Positions 38,280 through 48,816 are shown, numbered from the whole stretch's first letter. The stretch is DNA of 63,512 nucleotides, filler included, from Actinomycetota bacterium (GCA_046725875.1; 5 parts of 5 records of this genome joined end to end with filler, not necessarily neighbours in it); one strand, 5' to 3'. Program-made: numbers and translations. The notes: a model not told the origin generated them from the letters alone.

Positions 38280-39629
38280 TCAGATCCGACTCCAGGCTTC
38301 GGCGAGGACATCACGCAGGATCCGCTCGATCTCGTCGAAGTGGGACTGCTCGCAAATCAACGGTGGGGAAAGCTGGATCACGGGGTCGCCGCGGTCGTCG
38401 GCGCGGCAGTAGAGCCCAGCCTCGAACAGTGCCTTGGACAGAAAGCCACGCAGTAGCCGCTCGGACTCCTCGTCGTCGAACGTCGCCTTTGTCGCCTTGT
38501 CCTTCACCAACTCGATGCCGAAGAAGTAGCCGTCACCGCGGATGTCGCCGACGATCGGCAGATCGAGCAGCTTTTCCAGGGTCGCCCGAAACGCCGGCGA
38601 GTTCCGGGCGACGTGCTCGTTGAGTCGCTCCCGCTCGAAGATCTCGAGGTTGCCTAGCGCGACTGCGGCAGCGACCGGGTGACCGCCCCACGTATAGCCG
38701 TGCGCGAACATCGCCTTCCCGTGGGCGAATGGCTCGAAGACGCGGTCGCTGGCGATCATCGCCCCCGCCGGGGCGTATCCCGACGTGAGTCCTTTGGCGC
38801 AGGTAATGATGTCCGGCTGGTAGCCGTATACCCCCGAGCCGAAGTAGCCGCCGAGCCGGCCAAAGGCGCAGATCACCTCGTCGGACACGAGCAGGACGTC
38901 GTATTCGTCACAGATCTCCCGCACCCGCTGGAAGTAGCCGGGCGGCGGCGGGAAGCAACCCCCGGCGTTCTGTACTGGCTCGACGAAGACCGCCGCGACC
39001 GTGTCTGGCCCCTCGAACTCGATCGCCTCGGCGATCCGGTCGGCAGCCCACCGGCCGAACGCCTCCAGGTCGTCGCCGTGCTCTGGAGCCCGGTAGAAGT
39101 TGGTATTCGGTACTCGGAACGCGCTCGGAACCAGCGGCTCGAACGGCGCCTTGAGCTCCGGCAGGCCGGTCAGCGACAACGCCCCGTGCGGCGTGCCATG
39201 GTAGGCGATCGCCCGGCTGATGACCTTGTGCTTAGTGGGTTTGCCGGTGAGCTTGAAGTACTGCTTGGCGAGCTTCCACGCGGTTTCGACCGCCTCACCG
39301 CCACCGGTGGTGAAAAAGACCTTGTTGAGATCGCCGGGCGCAAGCGCGGCCAGCCGGTCCGCCAGCTCGACCGCCTTGGGGTGGGCGTAGGACCAAATGG
39401 GGAAGAACGCGAGCTCCGCTGCCTGCTTGGAGGCCGCCTCCGCCAGCTCGACCCGGCCGTGGCCGACCTGGACGACGAAGAGTCCGGCCAGCCCATCGAG
39501 GTAGCGCCGCCCGTCGGCGTCCCAGATGTACGGACCCTCGCCGCGGACGATGGTCGGAACGTCGACGTTCTCGTAGGCCGACATCCGGGTGAAGTGCATC
39601 CACAGGTGCTCATTCATCGGGTTCCCCAT
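38280..39629 (-). CDS. Class III PLP aminotransferase (putrescine/omega-amine type)
   Basis: YLDGLAGL, AYHG, EPVQNAGG, DEVICAFGRLG, AKGLTSGY, HGYTWGGHP. Confidence 0.92.
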   Translation of the reverse strand: MGNPMNEHLWMHFTRMSAYENVDVPTIVRGEGPYIWDADGRRYLDGLAGLFVVQVGHGRVELAEAASKQAAELAFFPIWSYAHPKAVELADRLAALAPGDLNKVFFTTGGGEAVETAWKLAKQYFKLTGKPTKHKVISRAIAYHGTPHGALSLTGLPELKAPFEPLVPSAFRVPNTNFYRAPEHGDDLEAFGRWAADRIAEAIEFEGPDTVAAVFVEPVQNAGGCFPPPPGYFQRVREICDEYDVLLVSDEVICAFGRLGGYFGSGVYGYQPDIITCAKGLTSGYAPAGAMIASDRVFEPFAHGKAMFAHGYTWGGHPVAAAVALGNLEIFERERLNEHVARNSPAFRATLEKLLDLPIVGDIRGDGYFFGIELVKDKATKATFDDEESERLLRGFLSKALFEAGLYCRADDRGDPVIQLSPPLICEQSHFDEIERILRDVLAEAWSRI

Positions 39630-40087
39630 GCATAGGTCTGCTTCTTCAGTCGCAGGTAGACGAAGCTTTCGGTGCCGCGAACCCCCGGGATCGCCCGGAT
39701 TCGCTTGTTGATGATTTCCAGCAGGTGTTCGTCGTTCTCGCAGACCACCTCGGCGATCAAGTCGAACGAGCCCGCGGTCATGACGCAATAGGTCACCTCG
39801 GGCATCTCGACCAGCTTCTCCGCAACCGGCTCGATGTCACCCTGGACCGTGATGCCGATCATTGCCTCCCGGCTGAACCCGACCTGGAGCGGGTCCGTGA
39901 CGGCCACGATCTGCATGACTTCGGCGTCGATCAGCTTTTGTACGCGCTGCCGCACTGCTGCCTCGGACAGTCCCACCGCGCGCCCGATGGTCGCGTACGC
40001 CCGCCGACCGTCCTGCTGGAGCTGCTCGATGATCGACTTTGAGACGTCGTCGAGCGGGATCTGGTTCGCTTGTCCACGGCGTGCCAT
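39614..40087 (-). CDS. Lrp/AsnC family regulator
   Basis: LQQDGRRAYATIGRAVGLSEAAVRQRVQKL, TAGSFDL. Confidence 0.92.
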   Translation of the reverse strand: MARRGQANQIPLDDVSKSIIEQLQQDGRRAYATIGRAVGLSEAAVRQRVQKLIDAEVMQIVAVTDPLQVGFSREAMIGITVQGDIEPVAEKLVEMPEVTYCVMTAGSFDLIAEVVCENDEHLLEIINKRIRAIPGVRGTESFVYLRLKKQTYAWGTR

Positions 40088-40278
40088 GACTGGCATCTTG
40101 GCTTGTTTCGGCGGGTCGACGCAAGTGAATCCGTGGACTTCGGCGAAATTCTGTACCGATTCCTTCGCCATAGGCCTCCACACGGCCTGCTTTTCGTACT
40201 AGAGTCCCTCCTCGGAGCACGTCGCGTCTGGGTGGCGGCGAATGAACCTGGTCCTCGGAGCGTCAGGTAGGAGATCTC

Positions 40279-41715
40279 GTGGGTGAGCTGAGAACGCTCA
40301 AGAACTTCGTCAACAACGGGTGGGTCGATTCGGCGACGGGTGAGACATCTGATCTTGTCAACCCGGCCACCGGCGAGGTGTTCGCCACCGCTCCGGTCTC
40401 TGGCCCGGCGGACATCGACCGCGCGGCTAATGCCGCCGCCGCCGCGTTCGAGACCTGGCGGGACACCACGCCGAGCGAGCGGCAGCGGGCATTGCTACGC
40501 ATCGCCGACGCGATCGAGGCGCGGGCTGATGAGCTCGTCGCCGCTGAGTCCCAGAACACAGGCAAGCCGATCGGGCTCACGACGTCGGAGGAGTTGCCGC
40601 CGAGCGTGGACCAGATCCGCTTCTTCGCAGGTGCGGCTCGCGTCTTGGAGGGGAAGGCCGCGAGCGAGTACATGGCGGGCCACACTTCGTATGTGCGGCG
40701 GGAGCCCATCGGGGTGTGCGCCCAGGTCACGCCGTGGAACTATCCGCTGATGATGGCGGTGTGGAAGTGGGCGCCTGCGCTTGCCGCGGGCAACACCGTC
40801 GTGCTCAAGCCGTCGGATACGACTCCGGTCAGCACGCTGCTGATGGCCGAGGTCATGGCGGAGTTCCTGCCGCCCGGCGTCATGAACGTCGTCTGCGGGG
40901 ACCGGGACACCGGCCGCGCTCTGGTCAGCCACGAGGCCCCGGCGCTGGTCTCGGTGACCGGCTCGGTGCGCGCCGGCATGGAGGTCGCTGAGGCGGTTTC
41001 CCACGACCTCAAGCGGGTCCACCTCGAGCTCGGCGGCAAGGCTCCGGTGATCGTCTTCGATGACGCCGACCTGGAGAATGCTGCGGAGGCGATCGCCGGG
41101 GCCGGCTACTTTAACGCCGGCCAGGACTGCACCGCGGCGACCCGAGTGCTTGCCGGCCCCGGTATCCACGACGAGTTCATCGCGGCGCTCACCGAGCAGG
41201 CAAAGAACACCAAGACCGGCATGCCCGACGACGACGAGGTTGCGTACGGCCCGCTCAACAATCCGAACCAGCTCGACCGAGTGAGCGGATTCATCAAGCG
41301 GCTCCCGGACCACGCGATGGTCAGCATCGGCGGCTCCCAGGTCGGGGACAAGGGCTACTTCTACGCGCCGACCGTCGTCGCCGGGCTGAAGCAGAACGAC
41401 GAGATCGTCCAGAACGAGGTCTTCGGGCCGGTCGTCACCGTTCAGCGGTTCACCGACGAGGATCAGGCGGTCGCCTGGGCCAACGGGGTGCAGTACGGCC
41501 TCGCGTCCTCGGTCTTCACCAGAGACCACGGTCGGGCGCTGCGGATGGCCCGCCGGCTCGACTTCGGCTGCGTGTGGATCAACACGCACATCCCGATCGT
41601 GGCCGAGATGCCCCACGGTGGCTTCAAGCACTCGGGCTACGGCAAAGACCTCTCGATGTACGCGATGGAGGATTACACCAGGGTCAAGCACGTAATGCAC
41701 AACTTCGAGGTCTGA
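40279..41715 (+). CDS. Gamma-aminobutyraldehyde dehydrogenase-like aldehyde dehydrogenase
   Basis: PWNYP, LELGGK, FNAGQDC, EVFGP, PHGGFKHSGYGKD. Confidence 0.92.
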   Translation: MGELRTLKNFVNNGWVDSATGETSDLVNPATGEVFATAPVSGPADIDRAANAAAAAFETWRDTTPSERQRALLRIADAIEARADELVAAESQNTGKPIGLTTSEELPPSVDQIRFFAGAARVLEGKAASEYMAGHTSYVRREPIGVCAQVTPWNYPLMMAVWKWAPALAAGNTVVLKPSDTTPVSTLLMAEVMAEFLPPGVMNVVCGDRDTGRALVSHEAPALVSVTGSVRAGMEVAEAVSHDLKRVHLELGGKAPVIVFDDADLENAAEAIAGAGYFNAGQDCTAATRVLAGPGIHDEFIAALTEQAKNTKTGMPDDDEVAYGPLNNPNQLDRVSGFIKRLPDHAMVSIGGSQVGDKGYFYAPTVVAGLKQNDEIVQNEVFGPVVTVQRFTDEDQAVAWANGVQYGLASSVFTRDHGRALRMARRLDFGCVWINTHIPIVAEMPHGGFKHSGYGKDLSMYAMEDYTRVKHVMHNFEV

Positions 41716-41825
41716 GGACACACCGTCCCCGGGTCTGATCGACGTTTGGAGGCAGCGCCTGCTCTTGTGAATTGGCGCCAGAGCAACCGCGAGGACCCGC
41801 CACCGTGCCGGGTCAACGGGGGAGG

Positions 41826-41856
41826 GCTGGGGCGGTGCCATCGGCACCGCCCCAGC
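41826..41856 (+). terminator. Hairpin downstream of the aldehyde dehydrogenase
   Basis: GCTGGGGCGGTGCC-ATC-GGCACCGCCCCAGC, 14-bp stem. Confidence 0.65.
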
Positions 41857-41932
41857 GTTACGGCACCCCACGAAATCTTCGGCTCCCTTCGGCTCCTGCG
41901 CTTCTGGCCTTCTGCCTGGGAGACTGCTGCGC

Positions 41933-42754
41933 ATGCATCCGTACACGAGGTTCGTCGCATTAGGGGACAGCTTCACCGAGGGTCTCGACGACGTCGGTCC
42001 CGACGGGGCGGTCCGTGGTTGGGCGGACCTCGTGGCGGCGCGGCTGGCCGCCGAAGCGCCCGGCTTCCGCTATGCCAACTTGGCCGTACGCGGGCGGCTG
42101 CTGCGGGCCGTAGTCGCGGAGCAGCTCGCGCCGGCACTCCAGATGGATGCCGACCTCGTGAGCTTCGCGGCCGGAGCAAACGACGTGATGCGGCGCCGCT
42201 TCGACCCGGAGCAGACCGCGACCGGGCTCGACAAGGCGGTGCGGCGGATCCGGGCGACCGGGGCGACCCTGTTGATGTTTACGACGGCCGCTGATCTCGC
42301 CGGACGGTTGCCGGCCGGCCGACTGCTGCGACGCCGCTTCGAGGTTCTGAACAACCTCGTCCGCGCCACCGCCGAGCGGCATGGAGCCCTCGTCGTCGAG
42401 CACGAAGGCGAGCGGAGGTTCGCTGATCCGCGCATGTGGAGCATGGACCGCATCCACTTGAGCTCGGCCGGGCACCGGCTGGTCGCCGCGAAGGTTCTCG
42501 ATGTGGTTGGCGTGAAGGCGAACACGGCGTGGACCGCCCCGCTCGACCCCCTTCCGCCGACTCGCTGGCTGGCCAGCCGCACCGCCGATATGCGGTGGTA
42601 TTGGGAGCACGCCGGACCATGGATCCACCGCCGCCTGACCGGGCGCTCGTCCGGCGACCTGGTCGAGCCGAAGCGTCCTACGCTCGAGCCAGTCATCGCC
42701 GAGGAGCCGTCAAGTGCTTCGTACGGAGTCGAGGGCAAGCAGAGCGACATGTAG
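41933..42754 (+). CDS. SGNH/GDSL hydrolase
   Basis: ALGDSFTEG, NLAVRG, GAND, DRIH. Confidence 0.9.
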   Translation: MHPYTRFVALGDSFTEGLDDVGPDGAVRGWADLVAARLAAEAPGFRYANLAVRGRLLRAVVAEQLAPALQMDADLVSFAAGANDVMRRRFDPEQTATGLDKAVRRIRATGATLLMFTTAADLAGRLPAGRLLRRRFEVLNNLVRATAERHGALVVEHEGERRFADPRMWSMDRIHLSSAGHRLVAAKVLDVVGVKANTAWTAPLDPLPPTRWLASRTADMRWYWEHAGPWIHRRLTGRSSGDLVEPKRPTLEPVIAEEPSSASYGVEGKQSDM

Positions 42755-44335
42755 CGAAAGGCACGACTCGACCGAATCGAGGTCCACCCCGAGTACGTGC
42801 TCGATCCGGCGCAGCCGCTCGTAGAACGCCGGGCGGGACAAGTGGGCGGCACCCGCCGCGGCCGACTTGTTTCCCCCGTTGGCCAGGTATACCTGCAGTG
42901 CCTTGACGAGATCACTGCCGTGCCTCGCGTCGTGGGCGAGCAACGGCCCTAGCTCCCGCTCGGCATAGGTCTGCAGGCGCGCGTCGTCCCTGAGCAGATG
43001 CAGCAGTCCACGCAGCCGCACATCGGGCAGCCGGTACCACGACCGTGGCTCACCGCCAGTGCGGTGGGCAGCGTCGGCCACCTGACCGGCCTCGAGCAAT
43101 GTGCGCCTTGCGTCACGTACAGCCGTCACGACGGAACCAGCGCCGACGACGACTTCCTCGAGCCCGCCGCGGCGATCCAAGACGCCGGTGAGCGCGTCGA
43201 GCGCTGGCTCCTCCGCGTCCTTGGGCTCGAGCGAGAGCAGCGCCGCGACCGTGGTGTCGTCTATGGCACCGACGAGCGCGGTGAGCCGGGCCGCCCGGAC
43301 CGCGGCTGCGACCCGCTCCGTGGCGTCGCGCAGGCCTGCTTGGGTCTCGAGCGCGCCGACCGGTCGCGCCGACCGCCCGGCCGGCGCAAGGAGGCGCAGG
43401 ACAACTCCGACGAGGCGTCGGTTCTCCAGCGGCACGCCGAGGGCGCGGGCCCACACCGCGATCTCGCTCGCCGGGTACGCGTGGCTCAGGATGCCGGTGA
43501 GCAGCGTTCGGTGAGTCTGCCGCTCAAGCGACTCTCGGTCCCGCTCGACCAGGACGTTGAGCGCGATCGTCGAGGCGGCTCGTTCGAGTACGACGGTAAA
43601 CCGCGGCGGCGGGGCGTCGCCGAGCACGAGGACCAGCCGCCCCCAGTCGTGTCCGCGGGCGCCGACCATGGTGACGAGCCAGCCGCTCGCCTCGTCGTAT
43701 GCGGTCCGCGGCTCCGGAACCACGGAGCGGGACCGCGTCTCCCAGTTCTGCAGCAGGCTCTCAGGACCGCCACCTGCGGTCTCGTACGCCAGGACCTGGT
43801 GGGCGAGATTCTCGAGGACAGACGGCGCACCGGTCATGTCGGTGACCCGGCGCAGCACCTCGGCCGCCGACGCACCCTCCACGGAAAGCTCGGTGAAGAT
43901 CTGGTGCACTTCGTCGGACGCGCGAAGCTCGGCGAGCTGCGAGTCGACGATCAGCGCGTGCACGGATTCCGTGATGTTGACGAACGGAGTCCCACGGTGC
44001 AGTTCGATCAGCACCACACTCCGCCGGCCAGCGGCCTTGACCAGCGGGCCGGGGAGCGCGCGCGAGTAGCGACGACCGAGCTCCACGGCCAGGCCGACCA
44101 CGCCGACATCCGCGAGCTCACCCAGATACTGCGTGAGGCCCGCGGCGTCGTCCGGCAACGCGATCCCAGTCGTCAGGACCAGCTCGCCCCCACGCAGCTC
44201 GCGGGCGATATCGGTGACCTCGCTCACGTGTACCCAGCGCACCGGATTGGACAACCCCGCGGATCCGGCCACTACCCGCGGCGCACCTTGGCGGACCGCC
44301 TCGAGCCGCAGGACCTCGGCCACGGTGGGCAACAT
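42710..44335 (-). CDS. PucR family regulator
   Basis: VRWVHVSE, LRGGELVLTTG, C-terminal GNKSAAAGAAHLSRPAFYERLRRIE. Confidence 0.92.
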   Translation of the reverse strand: MLPTVAEVLRLEAVRQGAPRVVAGSAGLSNPVRWVHVSEVTDIARELRGGELVLTTGIALPDDAAGLTQYLGELADVGVVGLAVELGRRYSRALPGPLVKAAGRRSVVLIELHRGTPFVNITESVHALIVDSQLAELRASDEVHQIFTELSVEGASAAEVLRRVTDMTGAPSVLENLAHQVLAYETAGGGPESLLQNWETRSRSVVPEPRTAYDEASGWLVTMVGARGHDWGRLVLVLGDAPPPRFTVVLERAASTIALNVLVERDRESLERQTHRTLLTGILSHAYPASEIAVWARALGVPLENRRLVGVVLRLLAPAGRSARPVGALETQAGLRDATERVAAAVRAARLTALVGAIDDTTVAALLSLEPKDAEEPALDALTGVLDRRGGLEEVVVGAGSVVTAVRDARRTLLEAGQVADAAHRTGGEPRSWYRLPDVRLRGLLHLLRDDARLQTYAERELGPLLAHDARHGSDLVKALQVYLANGGNKSAAAGAAHLSRPAFYERLRRIEHVLGVDLDSVESCLSLHVALLALDSVRST

Positions 44336-44627
44336 CGACCGTACCTCCGCCCCCGCTGCCTGGAGTCTTTGTCGGCCCTGGAACACGCGCCGCAGGCAGT
44401 ATGTCAAGGTGACTGCGGCGGCCGCTTCCATAGTGACTGCCAAGCGCGGATCGTTTATCCGTGGATTACATCACGGCTCGATAGCGATTTCGTCGCTTCA
44501 GCCCGAGGAATGCTACGGAATCCCTTGTCTAACCCCGTATCTCATGCCAGGATCAGCAGTCGCCAGGAGTGCGATGATTCCTCCAACGCATCTGCAGGCA
44601 CTCCGCCCCTCGAGAGGACCCGGCACG

Positions 44628-45860
44628 ATGAACACACAGAGCAACCAGCCCGCAGTCCCAGGCGCCCGGCCAACCGGCTTGTCCCGTCGTAACGTCCTGC
44701 GTGCACTCGGCATCGGTGGCGCGGCGGCCGCCGCCGGGCCCCTGCTCGCCGCGTGCGGCAGCGAAGGCGAGCAGAAGGAGGCGACCGAGAATAAGGCCGC
44801 ACCCGACCGGTCCGACACCGACAAGTCGGTGATCTTCGAGAACTGGCCGGAATATATCGACGTCGACGACAGCGGCAAGAAGCGGCCAACCCTCGACCAG
44901 TTCACCGCCAAGACCGGCATCAAGGTCACCTACAACGAGGGCATCAACGACAACAACGAGTTCTTCGGCCGTATCCGCAACCAGCTCGCGAACGACCAGA
45001 GCATCAACCGAGACATCATCGTCATGACCGACTGGATGGCCAGCCGGCTCATCAACCTGGGATGGGTGCAGGAGCTCAATCAGGCGAATATCCCGAACGC
45101 CAAGAATCTCCTGGACGCCTTGCAGAGGGTCCCGTTCGACCCCGGTCGCAAGCACTCGCTCACCTGGCAGTCCGGTTTCACGGCAATCGGTGCGAACGGG
45201 AAGGCGCTCGCGAAGTTGGGCATCAACGATCCCAGCTCCCTTACTATCGACCAGCTGCTCACCGACAGTCGGCTTAAGGGCAGGGTGACGCTGCTCACTG
45301 AGATGCCTGACACCGTCGGCCTGGTGTTGCTCGACTCGGGAGTCAACGCCTCGGATTTCACCGAGGACCAGTTCAACGCCGGGATCAAGCGCATCCAGGA
45401 CGCCGTCGACGCCGGCCAGATCCGGCGGTTCACAGGGAACGACTACATTCAGGACCTGCAGAGCGGCGATGTCGCGGCGTGCACGGCGTGGTCCGGCGAC
45501 GTGATCCAGATGCAGTTCGAGGATGAGTCGATCCAGTACGTCACGCCGGACGCCGGCCAAATGCTCTGGTCGGACAACATGATGATCCCGAACTTCGCGC
45601 CGCACAAAAAGAACGCCGAAATCTTGATGAACTACTACTACGACCCGGTCGTAGCGGCCAAGGTCGCGGCCTGGGTCAACTACATCTGCCCGGTTCAGGG
45701 TGCGAAGGCAGCGATGGCCGGGATTGACGACAGCCTCATGGACAACCCGCTGATCTTCCCGGACCCGGCCACTCTCGCGAAGAGCTACGCCTTCAAGCCA
45801 ATGGACGAGGCAACCCAGAAGCACTATGACGAGGCGTTCGCGGCCGTTTCAAACGCGTAG
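44628..45860 (+). CDS. Polyamine ABC transporter substrate-binding lipoprotein (PotD/PotF-like, Tat signal)
   Basis: SRRNVL twin-Arg, LAAC lipobox, NWPEYID, AWSGD, WSDNMMIP. Confidence 0.9.
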   Translation: MNTQSNQPAVPGARPTGLSRRNVLRALGIGGAAAAAGPLLAACGSEGEQKEATENKAAPDRSDTDKSVIFENWPEYIDVDDSGKKRPTLDQFTAKTGIKVTYNEGINDNNEFFGRIRNQLANDQSINRDIIVMTDWMASRLINLGWVQELNQANIPNAKNLLDALQRVPFDPGRKHSLTWQSGFTAIGANGKALAKLGINDPSSLTIDQLLTDSRLKGRVTLLTEMPDTVGLVLLDSGVNASDFTEDQFNAGIKRIQDAVDAGQIRRFTGNDYIQDLQSGDVAACTAWSGDVIQMQFEDESIQYVTPDAGQMLWSDNMMIPNFAPHKKNAEILMNYYYDPVVAAKVAAWVNYICPVQGAKAAMAGIDDSLMDNPLIFPDPATLAKSYAFKPMDEATQKHYDEAFAAVSNA

Positions 45861-45871
45861 TCTGCGGGCTA

Positions 45872-47107
45872 ATGGCAACGAACGAACGTACAGGCACTGA
45901 GGCCGGCGGGGATGTCCGCCTCGCCGGCCTAACCAAGCGGTTCGGCGGCTTCACCGCCGTCGACGACCTGTCGCTGACCATCCCGCAGGGGTCTTTCTTC
46001 GCTCTGCTAGGTCCGTCGGGCTGCGGCAAGACCACAACCCTCCGGATGGTCGCCGGACTCGAGCGACCGACCGGGGGCCGGGTCTTCATCGGAGTCGGCG
46101 ACGTCACCGACCGGCCGCCGTACCGCCGTCCCGTGAACACGGTCTTCCAGAGCTACGCCCTCTTCCCGCACTTGGACACCTTCGAGAACGTGGCGTTCGG
46201 GCTGCGTCGCCGCGGCATCCGAAAGGTGCGCGAGCAGGTCGAGGAGATGCTCGCGCTCGTCCAACTCGAGGGGTACGGGAGAAGGCGTCCAGGACAGCTC
46301 TCTGGAGGACAGCAACAGCGCGTGGCCCTCGCCCGAGCCATCATCAATCGGCCGCAGGTTCTGCTGCTCGACGAGCCGCTCGGGGCGCTCGACCTGAAGC
46401 TGCGCAAACAGATGCAGATCGAGCTCAAGCGCATCCAGACCGAGGTCGGCCTCACCTTCGTGCATGTCACGCACGACCAGGAGGAGTCCATGACGATGGC
46501 CGACACGATCGCCGTGATGAACGATGGCCGGGTGGAGCAGATCGGCTCGCCTGGGGCGCTCTACGACAGCCCCACCACGACGTTCGTCGCGAACTTCCTC
46601 GGCCAGTCAAACCTGATCCCGGCAACTGTGACCGGCGCGCAGGGGGACGTACTCCTGCTCGACGCGCAGGGCAACCGGGTCGCCATGCCCGCTGCCCGCT
46701 CCGGGGTGCGGCGCGGCGCGGCTTATGTGGGCGTGCGGCCGGAGAAGATCCGCATCACCCGGGCGGCGACTGCCGGCCTCGAGCAGGCTAGCTCCGCGGC
46801 CATCGACGGCCATAACGCATTGAGCGGGGTGGTTACTGACTCCAGCTTCGTCGGCGTGAGCACGCAGTATCTCGTTCGAACGGCTTGGGGACAGGAGCTC
46901 ATGGTCTTCGCCCAGAACATCGGGCTGGACGAGCGGCTGGGGGCCGGCGAAGCCGTCGTACTGCACTGGGATCCGGCGCACACCTTCGCGCTCGCGGCGA
47001 CCGGCTCGATCGACGAGGGAGCGGAGGCCGACGAGGAGGCTCCCGAGCCGGCTCCGGCGAGCGCGCTCGACGAGTCGCCGGCCGGAGCTGCAGGGGCGGC
47101 GTCGTGA
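45872..47107 (+). CDS. Polyamine ABC transporter ATPase (PotA-like)
   Basis: GPSGCGKT, NTVFQSYALFPH, LSGGQQQR, LLLDEPLGALD. Confidence 0.93.
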   Translation: MATNERTGTEAGGDVRLAGLTKRFGGFTAVDDLSLTIPQGSFFALLGPSGCGKTTTLRMVAGLERPTGGRVFIGVGDVTDRPPYRRPVNTVFQSYALFPHLDTFENVAFGLRRRGIRKVREQVEEMLALVQLEGYGRRRPGQLSGGQQQRVALARAIINRPQVLLLDEPLGALDLKLRKQMQIELKRIQTEVGLTFVHVTHDQEESMTMADTIAVMNDGRVEQIGSPGALYDSPTTTFVANFLGQSNLIPATVTGAQGDVLLLDAQGNRVAMPAARSGVRRGAAYVGVRPEKIRITRAATAGLEQASSAAIDGHNALSGVVTDSSFVGVSTQYLVRTAWGQELMVFAQNIGLDERLGAGEAVVLHWDPAHTFALAATGSIDEGAEADEEAPEPAPASALDESPAGAAGAAS

Positions 47108-48006
47108 CAGCGGTCGTGCAGGTCCCGCCGACGACCCAAGCACACGAGCCGCCCAAGGCAGCCAGGCAACGAAAGTTCACGCCGTACCTGCTTCTGCTGC
47201 CCGGCATCGCCTGGCTCGTAATCTTCTTCGTGCTGCCGATGATCGCCCTCGCGTCGACCTCGCTCCAGGAGGGCTCGCTGTCCGAGGGGTACCGGGTCAC
47301 CTGGCGGTGGGCGAACTACACCGAGGCGGTGAACCAGTACCTCGAACAGTTTGCGCGGGCCTTCGGCTACGCGGCAGTGGCCACCGCGCTCGCCCTCGTG
47401 ATCAGCTACCCGCTGGCCTACGCGATCGCGTTCAAGTCCGGCCGCTGGCGCAACATCATGCTGGTCCTGGTGATCGCGCCCTTCTTCACAAGCTTTCTTG
47501 TACGAACGATCGCGTGGAAGACGATCCTCTCCGATTCTGGGCCGGTTGCCGGCTTCTTCGATGGCCTCGGCCTGCTCACATTCACAGACGGTCGCTTGCT
47601 CGCGACCAATATCGCGGTGGTCGCGGGTCTGACGTACAACTTCCTGCCCTTCATGACGCTTCCGCTGTTCGCGGCGCTCGACCGGCTCGACCCGCAACTC
47701 ATCCAGGCTGCAAACGATCTCTACGCGACGCCGTTCACCGCATTCCGCAAGGTCACCTTCCCGCTGTCGATGCCTGGCGTCGTGGCGGGTACGTTGCTGA
47801 CCTTCATTCCAGCGGCCGGCGACTACATCAACGCCCGACTGCTCGGCTCGCCGCAACAGAGCGTTATCGGCAGCATCGTGGACAGCCAGTTCCTCAAGGT
47901 CGGTGACTACCCGACCGCCGCCGCGATCTCGTTCATGCTGATGATCGCGATCGTGCTGCTCGTCACGGTGTACATCAAACGCGCAGGCACTGAGGAGCTG
48001 GTCTAG
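47104..48006 (+). CDS. Polyamine ABC permease (PotB-like)
   Basis: SYPLAY, FLPFMTLP, QAANDLYA; GTGA overlap with the ATPase. Confidence 0.9.
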   Translation: MTAVVQVPPTTQAHEPPKAARQRKFTPYLLLLPGIAWLVIFFVLPMIALASTSLQEGSLSEGYRVTWRWANYTEAVNQYLEQFARAFGYAAVATALALVISYPLAYAIAFKSGRWRNIMLVLVIAPFFTSFLVRTIAWKTILSDSGPVAGFFDGLGLLTFTDGRLLATNIAVVAGLTYNFLPFMTLPLFAALDRLDPQLIQAANDLYATPFTAFRKVTFPLSMPGVVAGTLLTFIPAAGDYINARLLGSPQQSVIGSIVDSQFLKVGDYPTAAAISFMLMIAIVLLVTVYIKRAGTEELV

Positions 48007-48816
48007 ATGTCCGTCGCGGGCCGGGCTCTCAGGTGGGTGCGCGAGCACCTCGTGCTGTTCGCCGCGTTGACAGTGCTCGCCTACATGTTCCTGCCGATCG
48101 TGGTGGTCGTCGCGATGTCGTTCAACGCTCCGGCGAGCCGGCACAACCTGACCTGGAACGCGTTCACCTGGGACAACTGGCGGCATCCGTGCAACGCGCC
48201 TGGCGTGTGCGACTCGGTGGTCACCAGCCTCAAGATCGGTGGGCTGGCGACGCTTGTTTCCACCATCCTCGGCACGCTGATCGCGCTCGCACTGGTCCGC
48301 TACAGGTTCCGAGGTCGGGCCTCGACGAACCTACTGATCTTCCTGCCCATGGCGACGCCCGAAGTGGTAATGGGCTCCTCGCTGCTGGCGCTGTTCGTGA
48401 ACCTGGGTACGCCGCTGGGATTCACCTCGATCCTCATCGCGCACATCATGTTCTGCATCAGCTTCGTCGTGGTCACGGTGAAGGCGCGCATCGCTACCCT
48501 CGACCCGGCCGTCGAGCAGGCCGCCATGGACCTGTACGCGACGCCGTGGCAGACCTTCTACCGGGTGACCCTGCCGCTCATCATGCCGGGAATCGTGGCC
48601 GCCGCGATGCTGGCATTCGCCCTGTCGTTTGATGACTTCATCGTCACCAACTTCGCCGCGGGCACCGGCTCGACTGTGACGTTCCCGATGTACGTCTGGG
48701 GAGCCTCACAGCGCGGCATTCCGCCGCAGGTGAATGTGATCGGCACGGCGATGTTCCTGGTCGCGCTGATCGTGGTCCTCGGCGGCCAGTTCCTCCGCCG
48801 CCCACGCCGCGCCTGA
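48007..48816 (+). CDS. Polyamine ABC permease (PotC-like)
   Basis: EQAAMDLYA, AFALSFDDF. Confidence 0.9.
   Translation: MSVAGRALRWVREHLVLFAALTVLAYMFLPIVVVVAMSFNAPASRHNLTWNAFTWDNWRHPCNAPGVCDSVVTSLKIGGLATLVSTILGTLIALALVRYRFRGRASTNLLIFLPMATPEVVMGSSLLALFVNLGTPLGFTSILIAHIMFCISFVVVTVKARIATLDPAVEQAAMDLYATPWQTFYRVTLPLIMPGIVAAAMLAFALSFDDFIVTNFAAGTGSTVTFPMYVWGASQRGIPPQVNVIGTAMFLVALIVVLGGQFLRRPRRA

Noticed and set aside
40495..41976. Long antisense ORFs (493 aa here; also 42998-44692, 44553-45824, 46723-48186, 31434-32747, 50742-52055)
   Set aside because: Shadow frames of real high-GC genes with no recognisable motifs
44133..44627. Upstream extension of the PotD-like ORF
   Set aside because: Overlaps the PucR gene and promoter; Tat signal and RBS support ATG 44628
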